This document shows positions 28,663-38,950 of a DNA stretch of 64,000 bases, piece after piece. Each line of letters begins with the position of its first letter. Position 1 is the stretch's first letter. Both the position numbers and the translations under genes were made by a program. The notes below the pieces were generated by a model that was given only the letters and a program-made list of their open reading frames with translations, made no database searches and had not been told where the DNA came from. Source of the stretch: an uncultured Candidatus Binatia bacterium (lineage in GTDB: Bacteria > Desulfobacterota > Binatia > Bin18); the NCBI GenBank assembly GCA_965214605.1, contig OZ243961.1, forward strand, positions 32,001-96,000. Reading direction: 5' to 3'.

Positions 28663-29424
28663 ATGCCGACTCTTGATTGTAATGGGATCCATATTCACTA
28701 CGAAGCGCACGGCTCAGGGCCGGCCGTGCTGCTGACGCACGGCTTTAGTGCCACAACAGTTGCCTGGAACCCACAGGTCGAAGCTCTGTCCCAACGCTAC
28801 CGATTCATCACCTGGGACCTGCGGGGGCACGGTCAGTCGGACAGCCCGGATGACCCGGCGGCGTATTCTGAGGCTTTGTCTATCGCTGATATGGTTGCCT
28901 TGCTAGACGCCGAGGGCGTTGAGCGAGCCGTGCTTGGCGGGCACTCACTCGGTGGTTATCTTTCGCTCGCGTTTTATTGCGCGTATCCCGACCGGGTGAA
29001 AGGCTTGGTGCTGCTCGGTACGGGACCCGGCTTTCGCAAAGACTCCCCCCGTGAGGCGTGGAATCAACGCGCGCAGTCTTTTGCCGATGCGTTTGAGAAA
29101 AAGGGGCTTGCGGCGCTTGGGCAGAGTCCTGAGGTTCGGGCCGGCTCGCACCGCTCGGCCCAGGGCTTAGCCCATGCCGCTCGTGGCATCCTGACCCAGC
29201 ACGATGCCCGAGTCATGAATGCGCTCGGGTCAGTGGATGTCCCAACATTGGTGATGAGTGGCGACCGGGACAAGCCCTTTTTGGCCGCGACCGATTATAT
29301 GGCTGCGAAGATTCCACGCGCAAAAAAAGTGCTCCTAGCCGATGCCGGACACGCGGCCAATATCGAGCAGGCCGCAGTCTTCAATCAAGAGTTCGGCGCC
29401 TTTCTCGACCAGCTCTGGGCATAA
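28663..29424 (+). CDS. Alpha/beta hydrolase
   Basis: HGF oxyanion motif, DLRGHG.S, GHSLG nucleophile, GDRD, AGH; RBS ggagg. Confidence 0.9.
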   Translation: MPTLDCNGIHIHYEAHGSGPAVLLTHGFSATTVAWNPQVEALSQRYRFITWDLRGHGQSDSPDDPAAYSEALSIADMVALLDAEGVERAVLGGHSLGGYLSLAFYCAYPDRVKGLVLLGTGPGFRKDSPREAWNQRAQSFADAFEKKGLAALGQSPEVRAGSHRSAQGLAHAARGILTQHDARVMNALGSVDVPTLVMSGDRDKPFLAATDYMAAKIPRAKKVLLADAGHAANIEQAAVFNQEFGAFLDQLWA

Positions 29425-29580
29425 ACCGGACGGCTGCTGTTAGACTTCGCCAGACAAAAAGCCCCGCTCCTTCCGTAGGCGCCCGTCTTGGACTGGTTGG
29501 AGAAGAGCCGGAGGCGGGTGGACACGGGGAGCGGTTCCGACCCTAGCGTTTTCAGAAACACGAGCATGATGAGGATGCCC

Positions 29581-30750
29581 ATGGCACAAATTGACACTGT
29601 TTTGAACCGCACGGTCGAATCCGGCGACATCCCCGGCATCGTTGCCATGGCGGCCGACGACAGCGATATCATCTACCGAGGCGCGGCCGGCAGACGTGGG
29701 GCCGCAACGGCTCCGGTCATGACGACCGATACCGTCTTTCGCATTGCTTCGATGACCAAGGCGGTGGCCTCTGTGGCGGCCATGCAGCTTGTTGAGCAAG
29801 GAAAGCTGGCGCTCAATGAAGCCTTGGAGACAAAAATTCCACAGCTGGCCAATCGCCGGGTGTTCGACGGGTTTGACGCAAACGGCAGCCCTAGGCTCCG
29901 TCCGGCCGGCCGCCCGGTCAGCCTCAGACACCTCCTCACCCACACCTCCGGGTATTGTTATGAGCTCTGGAACGCCGAGTTTAGGAAATTGGTAGAACAA
30001 TCCTCCATCCCCAGCTTTAACGATGGCGGCGATGGATTCCTGGACTCGCCCTTGGTGTTTGATCCGGGCCAACGCTGGGAGTACGGTATTAGCACCGACT
30101 GGGTTGGCCGTGTTGTCGAACATCTCAGCGGGCAAAATTTAGCCGACTACTGCCGGGAGCATATTTTTCAGCCGCTCGGCATGACCGATACCGATTTCTC
30201 CCCGCCTCCAGACCAACACACCCGTATGGTCGGGGTCTGCCAGCGCCAAGAAGACGGCTCGCTCAAGCAGATTGAGTTTGAGCTCCCCCCCTTTGATGGG
30301 CGATTTTTCAGCGGTGGGGGTGGGCTGTACGCAACCGCTGGCGATTATCTGATATTTTTACGCATGTTGCTCGCTGGTGGGACGTACAACGGCGCACAGG
30401 TCCTCAAGCCTGAGACGGTCGCCCTGATGGGCGAAAACCATATCGGCCAACTGAGCGTTGGGATGGCCAAATCGGCGATTCCCTTTCTCTCTAATGACAT
30501 CGAATTTTTCCCTGGCATGGAGAAAAAGTGGGGGCTTGGATTTTTGATCAACACCCAAGCGCTCAACACCGGTCGCTCAGCCGGGAGTCTCAGCTGGGCC
30601 GGTCTCTTTAACTCGTACTATTGGATTGATCCGGACAAGAAGGTCACCGGCGTCATCATGATGCAACTCCTGCCCTTCTTTGACCCCAAGGCATTAGAGG
30701 CTTTAGAAGGCTTTGAGACGCAGGTGTATCGCCAGCTGGGACAGAGCTGA
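29581..30750 (+). CDS. Serine hydrolase, beta-lactamase family (EstB-like)
   Basis: FRIASMTK, LLTHTSG, PGQRWEYG, WAG. Confidence 0.92.
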   Translation: MAQIDTVLNRTVESGDIPGIVAMAADDSDIIYRGAAGRRGAATAPVMTTDTVFRIASMTKAVASVAAMQLVEQGKLALNEALETKIPQLANRRVFDGFDANGSPRLRPAGRPVSLRHLLTHTSGYCYELWNAEFRKLVEQSSIPSFNDGGDGFLDSPLVFDPGQRWEYGISTDWVGRVVEHLSGQNLADYCREHIFQPLGMTDTDFSPPPDQHTRMVGVCQRQEDGSLKQIEFELPPFDGRFFSGGGGLYATAGDYLIFLRMLLAGGTYNGAQVLKPETVALMGENHIGQLSVGMAKSAIPFLSNDIEFFPGMEKKWGLGFLINTQALNTGRSAGSLSWAGLFNSYYWIDPDKKVTGVIMMQLLPFFDPKALEALEGFETQVYRQLGQS

Positions 30751-30833
30751 GTCTGCTTGGGTCGTTGGACACGCTTGGGGCGCCACAGCAGGAGGAGCCG
30801 GCCAAGACAGGCGATGCTAAACAGGAGCGCGGT

Positions 30834-31688
30834 ATGCAAGACTTCGCAGAAAAGGTGGCGGTTATTACCGGAGCGGCGAGCGGCATCGGCCAGGGCTTGG
30901 CCCGACGGTTTGCCCAAGAGGGCATGAAACTGGTGCTGGCCGATATTGAAGAGGCGGCCTTACTGGAGATGGAGAAGGAACTGCGGCTGACCGGTACGCC
31001 GGTGAGAGCGGTCAAGACCGATGTTTCACGCCGAGAGTCCGTTTTTGCTCTGGCCGATCGGGCCTTTGAGGCTTTCGACAGGGTGCATATCGTGTGTAAT
31101 AACGCCGGTGTTTCTGGTGGGCTGGGCCATATCTGGGAGATCCCGGATCAAGACTGGGAGTGGATTATGGCGGTCAATATGTACGGCGTGTTGTACGGTA
31201 TGCAGGCCTTTGTCCCACGCATGATCGAGCACGGTGAGGAGGGGCTGATTCTCAATACGAGCTCGGTCGTGGGCCTGACGACCGGTACCAGCTCGGTGTA
31301 TGGCGTGACCAAACACGCCGTGAGTCGAATGACCGAAGGCTTGCATTATGACCTGCAGGCGGCGGGATCAAAGCTCAAAGCCGCCCTGTTGGTACCCGGG
31401 GCAACTGCGACAAATCTTCTATACGCTGACCGAAACCGCCCCCAAGAGCTTCTGGTGCCGCGGGCCGAAGAGATCCAGGCCGCCTTAATCCACAGGCGTC
31501 AGACCCGCCATGAGCGTTTGCAGGAAGTCGGCATGACGCCACAACAGCTGGCCGAGGTCACGGTCCAAGGTATCAGACAGGGCCGGTTTTATATCATTGC
31601 CGATCCTGAGCGAACCACGCGGGCGGTGCGGCTGCGGATGGAGGGGATTGTGCGGGGGAGCGGTCCGAAGGCCGAGGCCGCAGTATGA
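30834..31688 (+). CDS. SDR family oxidoreductase
   Basis: TGAASGIG, NNAG, YGVTK; RBS aggag. Confidence 0.92.
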   Translation: MQDFAEKVAVITGAASGIGQGLARRFAQEGMKLVLADIEEAALLEMEKELRLTGTPVRAVKTDVSRRESVFALADRAFEAFDRVHIVCNNAGVSGGLGHIWEIPDQDWEWIMAVNMYGVLYGMQAFVPRMIEHGEEGLILNTSSVVGLTTGTSSVYGVTKHAVSRMTEGLHYDLQAAGSKLKAALLVPGATATNLLYADRNRPQELLVPRAEEIQAALIHRRQTRHERLQEVGMTPQQLAEVTVQGIRQGRFYIIADPERTTRAVRLRMEGIVRGSGPKAEAAV

Positions 31689-31714
31689 GCCGGCCCCTCA
31701 GCCTCTCGGGCTGC

Positions 31715-32626
31715 TCAGCACAGCGAACTCAGAAAATCAACCGTGCGCTCAAATGCTCCCGCATCGGCCTGAAAGACGAAGGCGCACAGATCGGTCACAC
31801 CGATATCTTCAAGACGCTTGAGTTCTCCCGAGATCGTTGCCGCGTTACCCAACAGAGCGACCTCCGTCGGCTGGTCAAGCCCGCCGCGATCCAGCATCGT
31901 CCGATACACCGGCAGATTACCGTAGATAGCGAACACTTTGGCCGCGACCTCTCGGGCTGCGGCGGGGTCGTCGGTAATGGCCAGCGGCATACCGGCAATC
32001 ACTCGGGGGGCCGGCCTGTCGGCGTCTTTGGCCGCGCTGGTGATACGCGGAACAACGTGTTCACGCAGCGCTTTATGACCGGCCATCCAGGTCACAGTGC
32101 CCTCCGACTCGCGTCCAGCAAAGGCGAGCATCTTGGGACCCAGGGCAGCTAACACGACCGGCACTGGGCTGGCCCCCTGGACGCTGAGATTCACATTGGC
32201 CCGGTACTCATGGCCCTCATGTTTGACGGATTGACGTTGCAAGATCGGCTTCATGACCGCCATGTACTCGCGCATATGGCTGAGGTGACGGGTGTAGGAT
32301 ATCCCGTACATGTCTTCAATAACGAATCTATGAGAGAGGCCGATACCTAGGGTAAAGCGCCCTTTGCTAGCCGCCTGGGTCGTCAGCGCTTGTTGAGCCA
32401 TGGCCACCGGATGGCGCGGGTAGGTCGGTACCACGGCCGTCCCTAATTCTATCCGATTTGTCTCGCGTCCAACGATTCCTAGTAGGCCTATCGCGTCGTG
32501 CGAAAAAGCGTGGGCCAGCCAGGCCGAGTGGAGCCCTGCGGCCTCTGCCCGCTGCGCCCGTTGGATCACGTCGTCCATACGCGGGCTCTCCCCCGCCCCT
32601 TCGCCAATCATCATACCGATACGCAT
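31715..32626 (-). CDS. LLM-class oxidoreductase, probably F420-dependent (TIGR03564-like)
   Basis: IELGTAVVPTYPRHP, GRFTLGIGLSH, AALGPKML; RBS aggagg. Confidence 0.85.
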   Translation of the reverse strand: MRIGMMIGEGAGESPRMDDVIQRAQRAEAAGLHSAWLAHAFSHDAIGLLGIVGRETNRIELGTAVVPTYPRHPVAMAQQALTTQAASKGRFTLGIGLSHRFVIEDMYGISYTRHLSHMREYMAVMKPILQRQSVKHEGHEYRANVNLSVQGASPVPVVLAALGPKMLAFAGRESEGTVTWMAGHKALREHVVPRITSAAKDADRPAPRVIAGMPLAITDDPAAAREVAAKVFAIYGNLPVYRTMLDRGGLDQPTEVALLGNAATISGELKRLEDIGVTDLCAFVFQADAGAFERTVDFLSSLC

Positions 32627-32748
32627 GTCTGTGTTCCTCCTTGTCTTTGCGGCGTTTTCGGCCATGTTGGTGTATACCAACATTGATGCTACAAAGCATC
32701 CTCAGCGCCAGGTCACGTTGAAATACAGAAACAGATAGGTAGCGTATC

Positions 32749-33486
32749 ATGAACGAGATTGATTTTAGCGGCAAGACGGTTCTGGTCATCGGCGGTTCAA
32801 GCGGGATCGGCAATGGCATTGCCCGGCAATTCAGAGACCATGGGGCTGAGGTGTACGTGTGTGGCACTAAAGCGTCTGCCGACGACTACAGCAACGAAGA
32901 CGGCTCAGAGCTGAGCGGCTTACACTATTTTCAACTCGACGTGTCACAAGACGACAATGTGCAGAGTTTCCAGCCTCCTTTTGACAAGCTCGACGTGCTC
33001 ATCGCCTCACAAGGGACGGTGATGTACAAACGGGCCGAGTTTGAGATGTCAAACTTCCGCAAAGTCCTTGACGTGAACCTGATGAGCGTCATGAACTGCT
33101 GTATGAAGTTCTACCCCATGTTGAAGGAGACCAAGGGGAGTGTGGTCATTCTGGGCTCGGGAGCGAGCTTTTTTGCCGTCTTTGGGAATCCCGCCTACAG
33201 CGCTAGCAAGGGTGCATTGCGGACCTTGACGATGACGCTCGGTGAAGCCTGGGCATGCGACGGTATTCGGGTAAACGGTATTGCACCAGGCCTGATTGCC
33301 ACCAAGATTACCAAAGTGACCTGGAATCATCCGCGTCGCTACGCGGACTCCTTAAGCGAAATCCCCCTCCACCGCTGGGGCACTCCGGAAGAGATGGGTG
33401 GAATCGCCCTGTTTTTAGCCTCGCCGCTGGCCTCGTATATGACCGGTCAGATGTTGCTGGTAGATGGTGGGATGGGCTTGTCCTGA
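32749..33486 (+). CDS. SDR family oxidoreductase
   Basis: GGSSGIG, YSASK, IRVNGIAPG, VDGG. Confidence 0.92.
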   Translation: MNEIDFSGKTVLVIGGSSGIGNGIARQFRDHGAEVYVCGTKASADDYSNEDGSELSGLHYFQLDVSQDDNVQSFQPPFDKLDVLIASQGTVMYKRAEFEMSNFRKVLDVNLMSVMNCCMKFYPMLKETKGSVVILGSGASFFAVFGNPAYSASKGALRTLTMTLGEAWACDGIRVNGIAPGLIATKITKVTWNHPRRYADSLSEIPLHRWGTPEEMGGIALFLASPLASYMTGQMLLVDGGMGLS

Positions 33487-33522
33487 TACTCTGGAAGGAC
33501 GACTAGTCGCCCTTCCAGCCTA

Positions 33523-34014
33523 CTACGCGGCTTCTTTACGCTGTACTTTTCTTGGACGCTTGGCGCTTTGCTTGGACGCCTCAAACTCCTCCTGAGCGCG
33601 TTTGAGTTCTTCCCAGCTAATATAGCCCTCGAATTTGTCTTCGCCAAAGAACAGCACTGGGCCGTTACAGATAAACAGGTACTCGGTGTCTTCAAGGGCG
33701 GTGGTCGCCCCGTGGATCATACCGTTGGGCTCATACACGTAATCGCCGGCGTTCAGGACGCCGTCACGGACCTGGAGCTTGCCCTTGAGAATGAAGGTGT
33801 GGGAGGCGCTCAGATGCTTGTGCGGGGGCGCCGCATAACCCTTGAGCCAACGGAACAGCACCGCCCAGCTACCCGACTCTGAACCGGTCCACAACACCTT
33901 CATAAAGGCACGTTCTGGATCTGTCGCATTGGGAATCCAGTCCATGTCCGAGGTCCGGGCAAGCGAGTCCATAATCTCGCTGTTAAACGGGGTAATATCT
34001 TGCGGTAGTGCCAT
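33523..34014 (-). CDS. Cupin (ChrR / 2,4'-dihydroxyacetophenone dioxygenase-like)
   Basis: PPHKH...H..LKG and GDYVYEP.G.IH cupin motifs; RBS aggagg. Confidence 0.8.
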   Translation of the reverse strand: MALPQDITPFNSEIMDSLARTSDMDWIPNATDPERAFMKVLWTGSESGSWAVLFRWLKGYAAPPHKHLSASHTFILKGKLQVRDGVLNAGDYVYEPNGMIHGATTALEDTEYLFICNGPVLFFGEDKFEGYISWEELKRAQEEFEASKQSAKRPRKVQRKEAA

Positions 34015-34110
34015 TATGCCCTCCTTTTTGGCGTAGTGTCTCAACACCGTGTGTGACAAACATGCCTGCCTCTGGCCGGAGATGCAAGCCGGTGTGTTTC
34101 ATAGCCGGTT

Positions 34111-35079
34111 TTAGGCGAGGCGTGGCAGCACCTTTTCGGTCAACAGCAAAAAGCTCTGGTGGCTTAGCGGTGCGCCGATAATATAATCGAGATGGATTTC
34201 CTCGTGCAGCCGCGCGAGCTCATCGACCACCCGCTCGGGCGAGCCGTGAACGATGACTCGATCCACATAGTTCTGAACCGGATCATCAACAACGCCAAAC
34301 CGTTTTGGATCAACATAGGCGTCAATCAGCCAGCGCGCCCCCTGGGTCGCGACTTCCCTTGCTTGAGCATCATTCGGGGCAATTGCCACCAGGCGGGCCA
34401 TAGGCGTGTCTCGACCGGCGATCGAATGACCGTGGTGGTGCAGCTGATCCCGATAGCTGGCCCACTTTTGACCGATCTCCACGTGGGTCGAGTGGGGATC
34501 CATGAGAATCGAGTAGCCCATGGCGGCCGACCAAGCGATGGCAGCCGGGGAGGACGCGGCGGTCCATACCGGAGGGTGGGGGTGCTGGAGCGGCTTGGGC
34601 AGAACCTCCACTTGGTCAAATGAATAATAGTGGCCGCTGTAGCTCAGCCGCTCACTCGTCCAGGCCTTAATGACAATATCGACGCTCTCGTGAAAGCGGG
34701 CCTGACTCTCGTCCAGAGGAACGTCAAACGCCTTAAACTCATTGACATCAAAGCCGCGTCCGACTCCCCAGTTGACCCGCCCGCCGGAGAGGAGGTCAAG
34801 CAGGGCAATCTCCTCGGCTAGACGCAGCGGATGGTACAATGCGGCCAGACTCACTCCGGTCCCAATGCGCAAATTCTTTGTCCGGGCCGCCGCATAACTG
34901 CCCATGACCGGAATTGACGGACACACGCTGTAATCGGTGAAGTGATGCTCGGTCAGCCACACTGCATCATAGCCGGCGTGATCCATGATCTCGATGCGTT
35001 GGAGTGTCCGTTGATAGACGGTCGGCAGGGTCACCCGCCGCCCGGGCCAACTGAAGAATTGGAGAATACCGAATTTCAC
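34111..35079 (-). CDS. LLM-class flavin-dependent oxidoreductase
   Basis: GYDAVWLTEHHF, HPLRLAEE.A.LD.LS.GR, PKPLQ.PHPP; GTG start. Confidence 0.92.
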   Translation of the reverse strand: MKFGILQFFSWPGRRVTLPTVYQRTLQRIEIMDHAGYDAVWLTEHHFTDYSVCPSIPVMGSYAAARTKNLRIGTGVSLAALYHPLRLAEEIALLDLLSGGRVNWGVGRGFDVNEFKAFDVPLDESQARFHESVDIVIKAWTSERLSYSGHYYSFDQVEVLPKPLQHPHPPVWTAASSPAAIAWSAAMGYSILMDPHSTHVEIGQKWASYRDQLHHHGHSIAGRDTPMARLVAIAPNDAQAREVATQGARWLIDAYVDPKRFGVVDDPVQNYVDRVIVHGSPERVVDELARLHEEIHLDYIIGAPLSHQSFLLLTEKVLPRLA

Positions 35080-35443
35080 GCGCTTTCCTTCTTCCGTGTG
35101 ACCGGGGTCGTCAACTGATCACGCCAGCGTCCGCCCCACCCATCCGTCCGCCCTGCGTCCGGCCCAGGCAGCACAGAGCGAGAGCTTGGAGAGTGCGCTT
35201 TTCCTGTGTCTTCGGGTTTCAGATGCGGCTACGCGTTTCATGTCAACAATTTATAACTCAATCTATGCGGGGGTAAATCCCCGAATAGAAGAGCGGGGCG
35301 GGACATGCTGCGCGGCGGCTGTTGCCAAACACACCGAGTCTGACTGGAATCCCCTCTCGACGCTACTGACTTTTCAACGTAATCTTGAGATGCCAGTGTC
35401 CGAGAATGAACATCGTGCAAACCCTTTTCTTAAGGAGGTCGTT

Positions 35444-36706
35444 ATGAAGTTTACCTGGTTCAATCTGATGCCGTGGCCGTATCTCCCAGATAATTTCCGG
35501 GAGGACTACCGCTCGGTCTGGGTGGATTTGCCCAATTCGCTCTACGACCCCCAAAAGGGTCATTTTGTCTACCATGAGTATATGGATCAGCTCGAATACG
35601 CTGACTCGCTAGGCTTTGACGGCATTGGTGTGAATGAGCACCACCAGAACGGCTATGGTCTGATGCCCTCGCCCAATATCATTGCCGCCGGTCTGGCTCG
35701 GCGGACATCGCAGGCGGCGCTGGCGGTAATCGGTAATTCCATCGCTCTCTACAACCCGCCGATTCGGGTAGCCGAAGAATTCGCCATGCTGGACGTGCTT
35801 TCGGGTGGCCGACTGCTGGCCGGGTTCCCGGTTGGTACATCGATGGACACCAACTATTGCTACGGGCAGATTCCAGCGACGACCCGCGATAAATACGCCG
35901 AGGCGCATGAACTCATTATGCGCGCTTGGGCTGAAGAAGAACCGTTTGCGTTCGATGGCAAATACAACCAGTTACGCTGGGTCAACTGCTGGCCCAAACC
36001 CCTCCAACGGCCGCACCCGCCAATCTATATTCCCGGCGGCGGCTCGGTCGAAACCTGGGACTTCTGCTTAGATAACGACTATAACTATTCCTACCTGTCG
36101 TTTACCGGCTACTTGCGCGGCAAGCAGCTGATGGACGGTTACTGGGACCGGGTGGCGGCGCGTGGCAAAGATGAGTCTCCTTACCGGGGCGCGTTTGCCC
36201 AGACCGTTTGTGTGGCTGATACTGACCAGGAAGCCGAAAAGCTCTACGCCGAGCACGTGAGCTATTTCTATAATCGCTGTTTGCACGTCTACAACGGCTT
36301 TGCCGACGCACCGGGCTATCGGACGGTTAAAACCATCAAGGCGAATGTGCTGAACGCCCTGAGTGAGGATATGCAGCAGACTTTTCCGACCCTGACCTGG
36401 AAACAGCTCCTTGACGAGGGCTACATCATTGCCGGTAGCCCGGCGACCGTGCGCGAACGTATGGAAGCTATGATCAAAGGCTTGCACGTTGGGCATGTTT
36501 TCTGCCTGATCCACATCGGCAATATGCCGGATTGGAAGACACGCTACTCAACCCAGCTGTTTGCCGAACAGGTCATGCCTCACCTGCGTGACATGTGGCC
36601 AGACTGGAAGGATGACAATCGGTGGTGGTGCCAACCCATGGATGATCGGCTGGAACCCGAAACGAATATCGAAAAAGCCCGTGCTAACGGGAGGGTTCCT
36701 CTGTGA
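35444..36706 (+). CDS. LLM-class flavin-dependent oxidoreductase
   Basis: GFDG..VNEHHQ...GLMPSPN, RVAEEFAMLD, WPKP.Q.PHPP; RBS aaggagg. Confidence 0.92.
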   Translation: MKFTWFNLMPWPYLPDNFREDYRSVWVDLPNSLYDPQKGHFVYHEYMDQLEYADSLGFDGIGVNEHHQNGYGLMPSPNIIAAGLARRTSQAALAVIGNSIALYNPPIRVAEEFAMLDVLSGGRLLAGFPVGTSMDTNYCYGQIPATTRDKYAEAHELIMRAWAEEEPFAFDGKYNQLRWVNCWPKPLQRPHPPIYIPGGGSVETWDFCLDNDYNYSYLSFTGYLRGKQLMDGYWDRVAARGKDESPYRGAFAQTVCVADTDQEAEKLYAEHVSYFYNRCLHVYNGFADAPGYRTVKTIKANVLNALSEDMQQTFPTLTWKQLLDEGYIIAGSPATVRERMEAMIKGLHVGHVFCLIHIGNMPDWKTRYSTQLFAEQVMPHLRDMWPDWKDDNRWWCQPMDDRLEPETNIEKARANGRVPL

Positions 36707-37491
36707 ACAGCCGGATGATTGAGACCCGGCCGGGGATTAAGGTCCGTGTCTTTGAGGCTGGCAGCGGTACGCCGCTGGTCTTTTTACACGGGGCCGGCGG
36801 CCTGTTTGGCCAAGAACCCTTCCTGGACCGCCTGGCCGAGCGCTATCAGGTCTTCGCCCCCGAGCTGCCGGGCTTCGGGGAGTCGAGTGGCGAAGACCTG
36901 TTGGAGGATATGCTCGACTTTACCCTGCACGGCTGGGATGTCGTGGGCGCTCTGGGACTCTCCGATGTCCATCTCATCGGTCACTCCATGGGTGGAATGA
37001 TCGCTGCTGAAATGGCGTGTGTGGCACCGAACGACCTGGCTAAACTGGTGTTGGTTGCCTCGGCCGGTCTGTGGATTGCCGAACAGCCGATTCCCGACCT
37101 GTTTTCGTTCTTGCCCCATGAGTTCGCCCAATCTCTGTTTCATGACCGCGCGGCCGGCGAGGCAATGTTGACCGGCGGGCTTGATCTCAAAGACCCCGAG
37201 GCACTCAAAGAGTTCTATATTGGGAACACCAGGCGGATGGGCACGGCTAGCAAGATGCTCTTCCCGATTCCAAACCGTCGTCTGTCCAAGCGGCTGTACC
37301 GCCTGACCGCGCCGACCCTTTTGGTCTGGGGGAAGAGTGATCGTTTGATCCCGCCGGTGTATGCCGACCGTTTTCAGGCGCATATCCCTCACGCTCGGAA
37401 AACGCTCATCGAAGCGGCCGGCCATATGCTGCCGTATGAGCAGTCGGACGCCTTTGTTGAGGCGGTGAGCGATTTTCTGGCCGAACGCTAG
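36703..37491 (+). CDS. Alpha/beta hydrolase
   Basis: HGAGG, GHSMGG, GKSD, AGH; GTGA overlap with the upstream LLM. Confidence 0.88.
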   Translation: MNSRMIETRPGIKVRVFEAGSGTPLVFLHGAGGLFGQEPFLDRLAERYQVFAPELPGFGESSGEDLLEDMLDFTLHGWDVVGALGLSDVHLIGHSMGGMIAAEMACVAPNDLAKLVLVASAGLWIAEQPIPDLFSFLPHEFAQSLFHDRAAGEAMLTGGLDLKDPEALKEFYIGNTRRMGTASKMLFPIPNRRLSKRLYRLTAPTLLVWGKSDRLIPPVYADRFQAHIPHARKTLIEAAGHMLPYEQSDAFVEAVSDFLAER

Positions 37492-37557
37492 GGGCGGACA
37501 ACTGTGTGCCTTTCACCGACTCTGTTGGCGTCTTGGGCAAAAGAAGGCGGGAACCAG

Positions 37558-37588
37558 AGCGGCGACCGATAGGCTGTCGGTCGCCGCT
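37558..37588. terminator. Strong hairpin downstream of the hydrolase
   Basis: agcggcgaccga / tcggtcgccgct 12-bp perfect stem followed by tattg. Confidence 0.55.
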
Positions 37589-37992
37589 TATTGAGGTGAA
37601 CGAACCCTTGGAATCCATCGACGTCTCGCGCGAGCTCAGCCCATGAGAGCGGCCGCCGAATCACATGATGCGGGAGAGCCCGCATGCGGCCAGAGCGCAA
37701 CGCGCTGAAAACTGCATTGGCGAGAGGCGTCCACGTCCAGGGCTGCCTAGACGTCGCCCTGGGTCACAAGATCGACAGTCCTTTCCATCACAAGCTTGGC
37801 TACGCGCTCTTTCGCCGCTCAGGATGAGGGCCTCCTCTGTTCAAACGCCTCCGTAATCGTTGTCGCTCCGCCGTCATCCAAGGTCTGAGCAGCTTCCCGT
37901 ATAACCGCCCAAGGGTTCCCAATGAGGTGGGCGGATCAATTGGTGGGAGAACAGGGCGCGCCATACTGCACACGTATTCTTCTCCGAACAAT

Positions 37993-38940
37993 CTACGACA
38001 CCACCAGTACTGCTTTGCCGCCAATCTCGCGCTGGTACAAACGCTGGGCCACATCGGCAATCTCGGTCCACGGTTGTTCGACCTCGATAGGCGGCTCAAG
38101 ACGGCCGTCCTCAACTAGCCGCAACAGCTGTGACAGGCCGTGTGAGGCGGGGTGGCGCTTCACCTCGTGAAACAGAATAAAGCCGTACAACGACGCCCCC
38201 CCGATGACCATGAACTGCCGGGCCTCAAACGACACATCGGGCGCTTGTGACACGCCGTACAGCACGCACACGCCGTCTTGAGCTAGCATGGTCAGAGCGT
38301 TGGTGAGGGACTGACCGCCAACCGACTCCATGATGAGGTCATAGGGCCCGAGTTTCCGGGCGTTTGCCAGATCGGCCCCGACCACAACCTCGTGTGCCTT
38401 GGCCGCTTGGGCTTGGCGGACCCGCTCTTGGCGCCGAACCGAGGCAACAACACGAGCGCCCGCATCACGTGCCAGCTGACAGGCGAAATGTCCGACTCCG
38501 CCCGACGCACCGGTCACCAATACCGACTTGCCGAGCAGAAACCCACCTTTTTCCAGCGAGTACAGAGCGGTCAGGCCGGCCACCGGTAAGGTCGCGGCTT
38601 GGGCGAACGAAACGGAGGAGGGGAGTTCGGCTAAGGAGTGACCGGGAACGGCAACAAGCTCGGCCCAGCCGCCCGACGGCACAAACCCGACCACCCGCGC
38701 CCCAACCCGGGGACTAGATCCGTCGGCGGCCGATCGTTCGACAATGCCTGCCAGATCCCAGCCGGGCCGCGCTCCGGCGGCCGATATCGTCAAGGCACGG
38801 CGTGTTTCACCCAGGTTGAGTGAGATGGCACACACCCGAATGAGAGCCTCCGACTCTCCAGGACTGGGGGCTTCCACCTCGTGGAAAGCCAAACGGCCCG
38901 CTACCTCCGGGTCAACAACAACGGCGCGTTGGGTTTGCAT
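37993..38940 (-). CDS. MDR / quinone oxidoreductase-like (non-zinc) dehydrogenase
   Basis: PGWDLAG, AATLPVAGLTA, VTGASGGVG, GKAVL; RBS aaggag. Confidence 0.88.
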   Translation of the reverse strand: MQTQRAVVVDPEVAGRLAFHEVEAPSPGESEALIRVCAISLNLGETRRALTISAAGARPGWDLAGIVERSAADGSSPRVGARVVGFVPSGGWAELVAVPGHSLAELPSSVSFAQAATLPVAGLTALYSLEKGGFLLGKSVLVTGASGGVGHFACQLARDAGARVVASVRRQERVRQAQAAKAHEVVVGADLANARKLGPYDLIMESVGGQSLTNALTMLAQDGVCVLYGVSQAPDVSFEARQFMVIGGASLYGFILFHEVKRHPASHGLSQLLRLVEDGRLEPPIEVEQPWTEIADVAQRLYQREIGGKAVLVVS

Positions 38941-38950
38941 AGTCCGCTCC

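Noticed and set aside
35127-35165. Three short gtccgccc-like direct repeats
   Set aside because: Short, C-rich, irregularly spaced low-complexity sequence; insufficient for an operator call.
37602-37918. Long-range pairings (gaacccttgg/ccaagggttc and shorter stems) suggesting a large ncRNA
   Set aside because: One 10-bp and several 6-7-bp matches over ~320 nt of GC-rich DNA are plausible by chance, and the minus strand reads like a decayed ORF.
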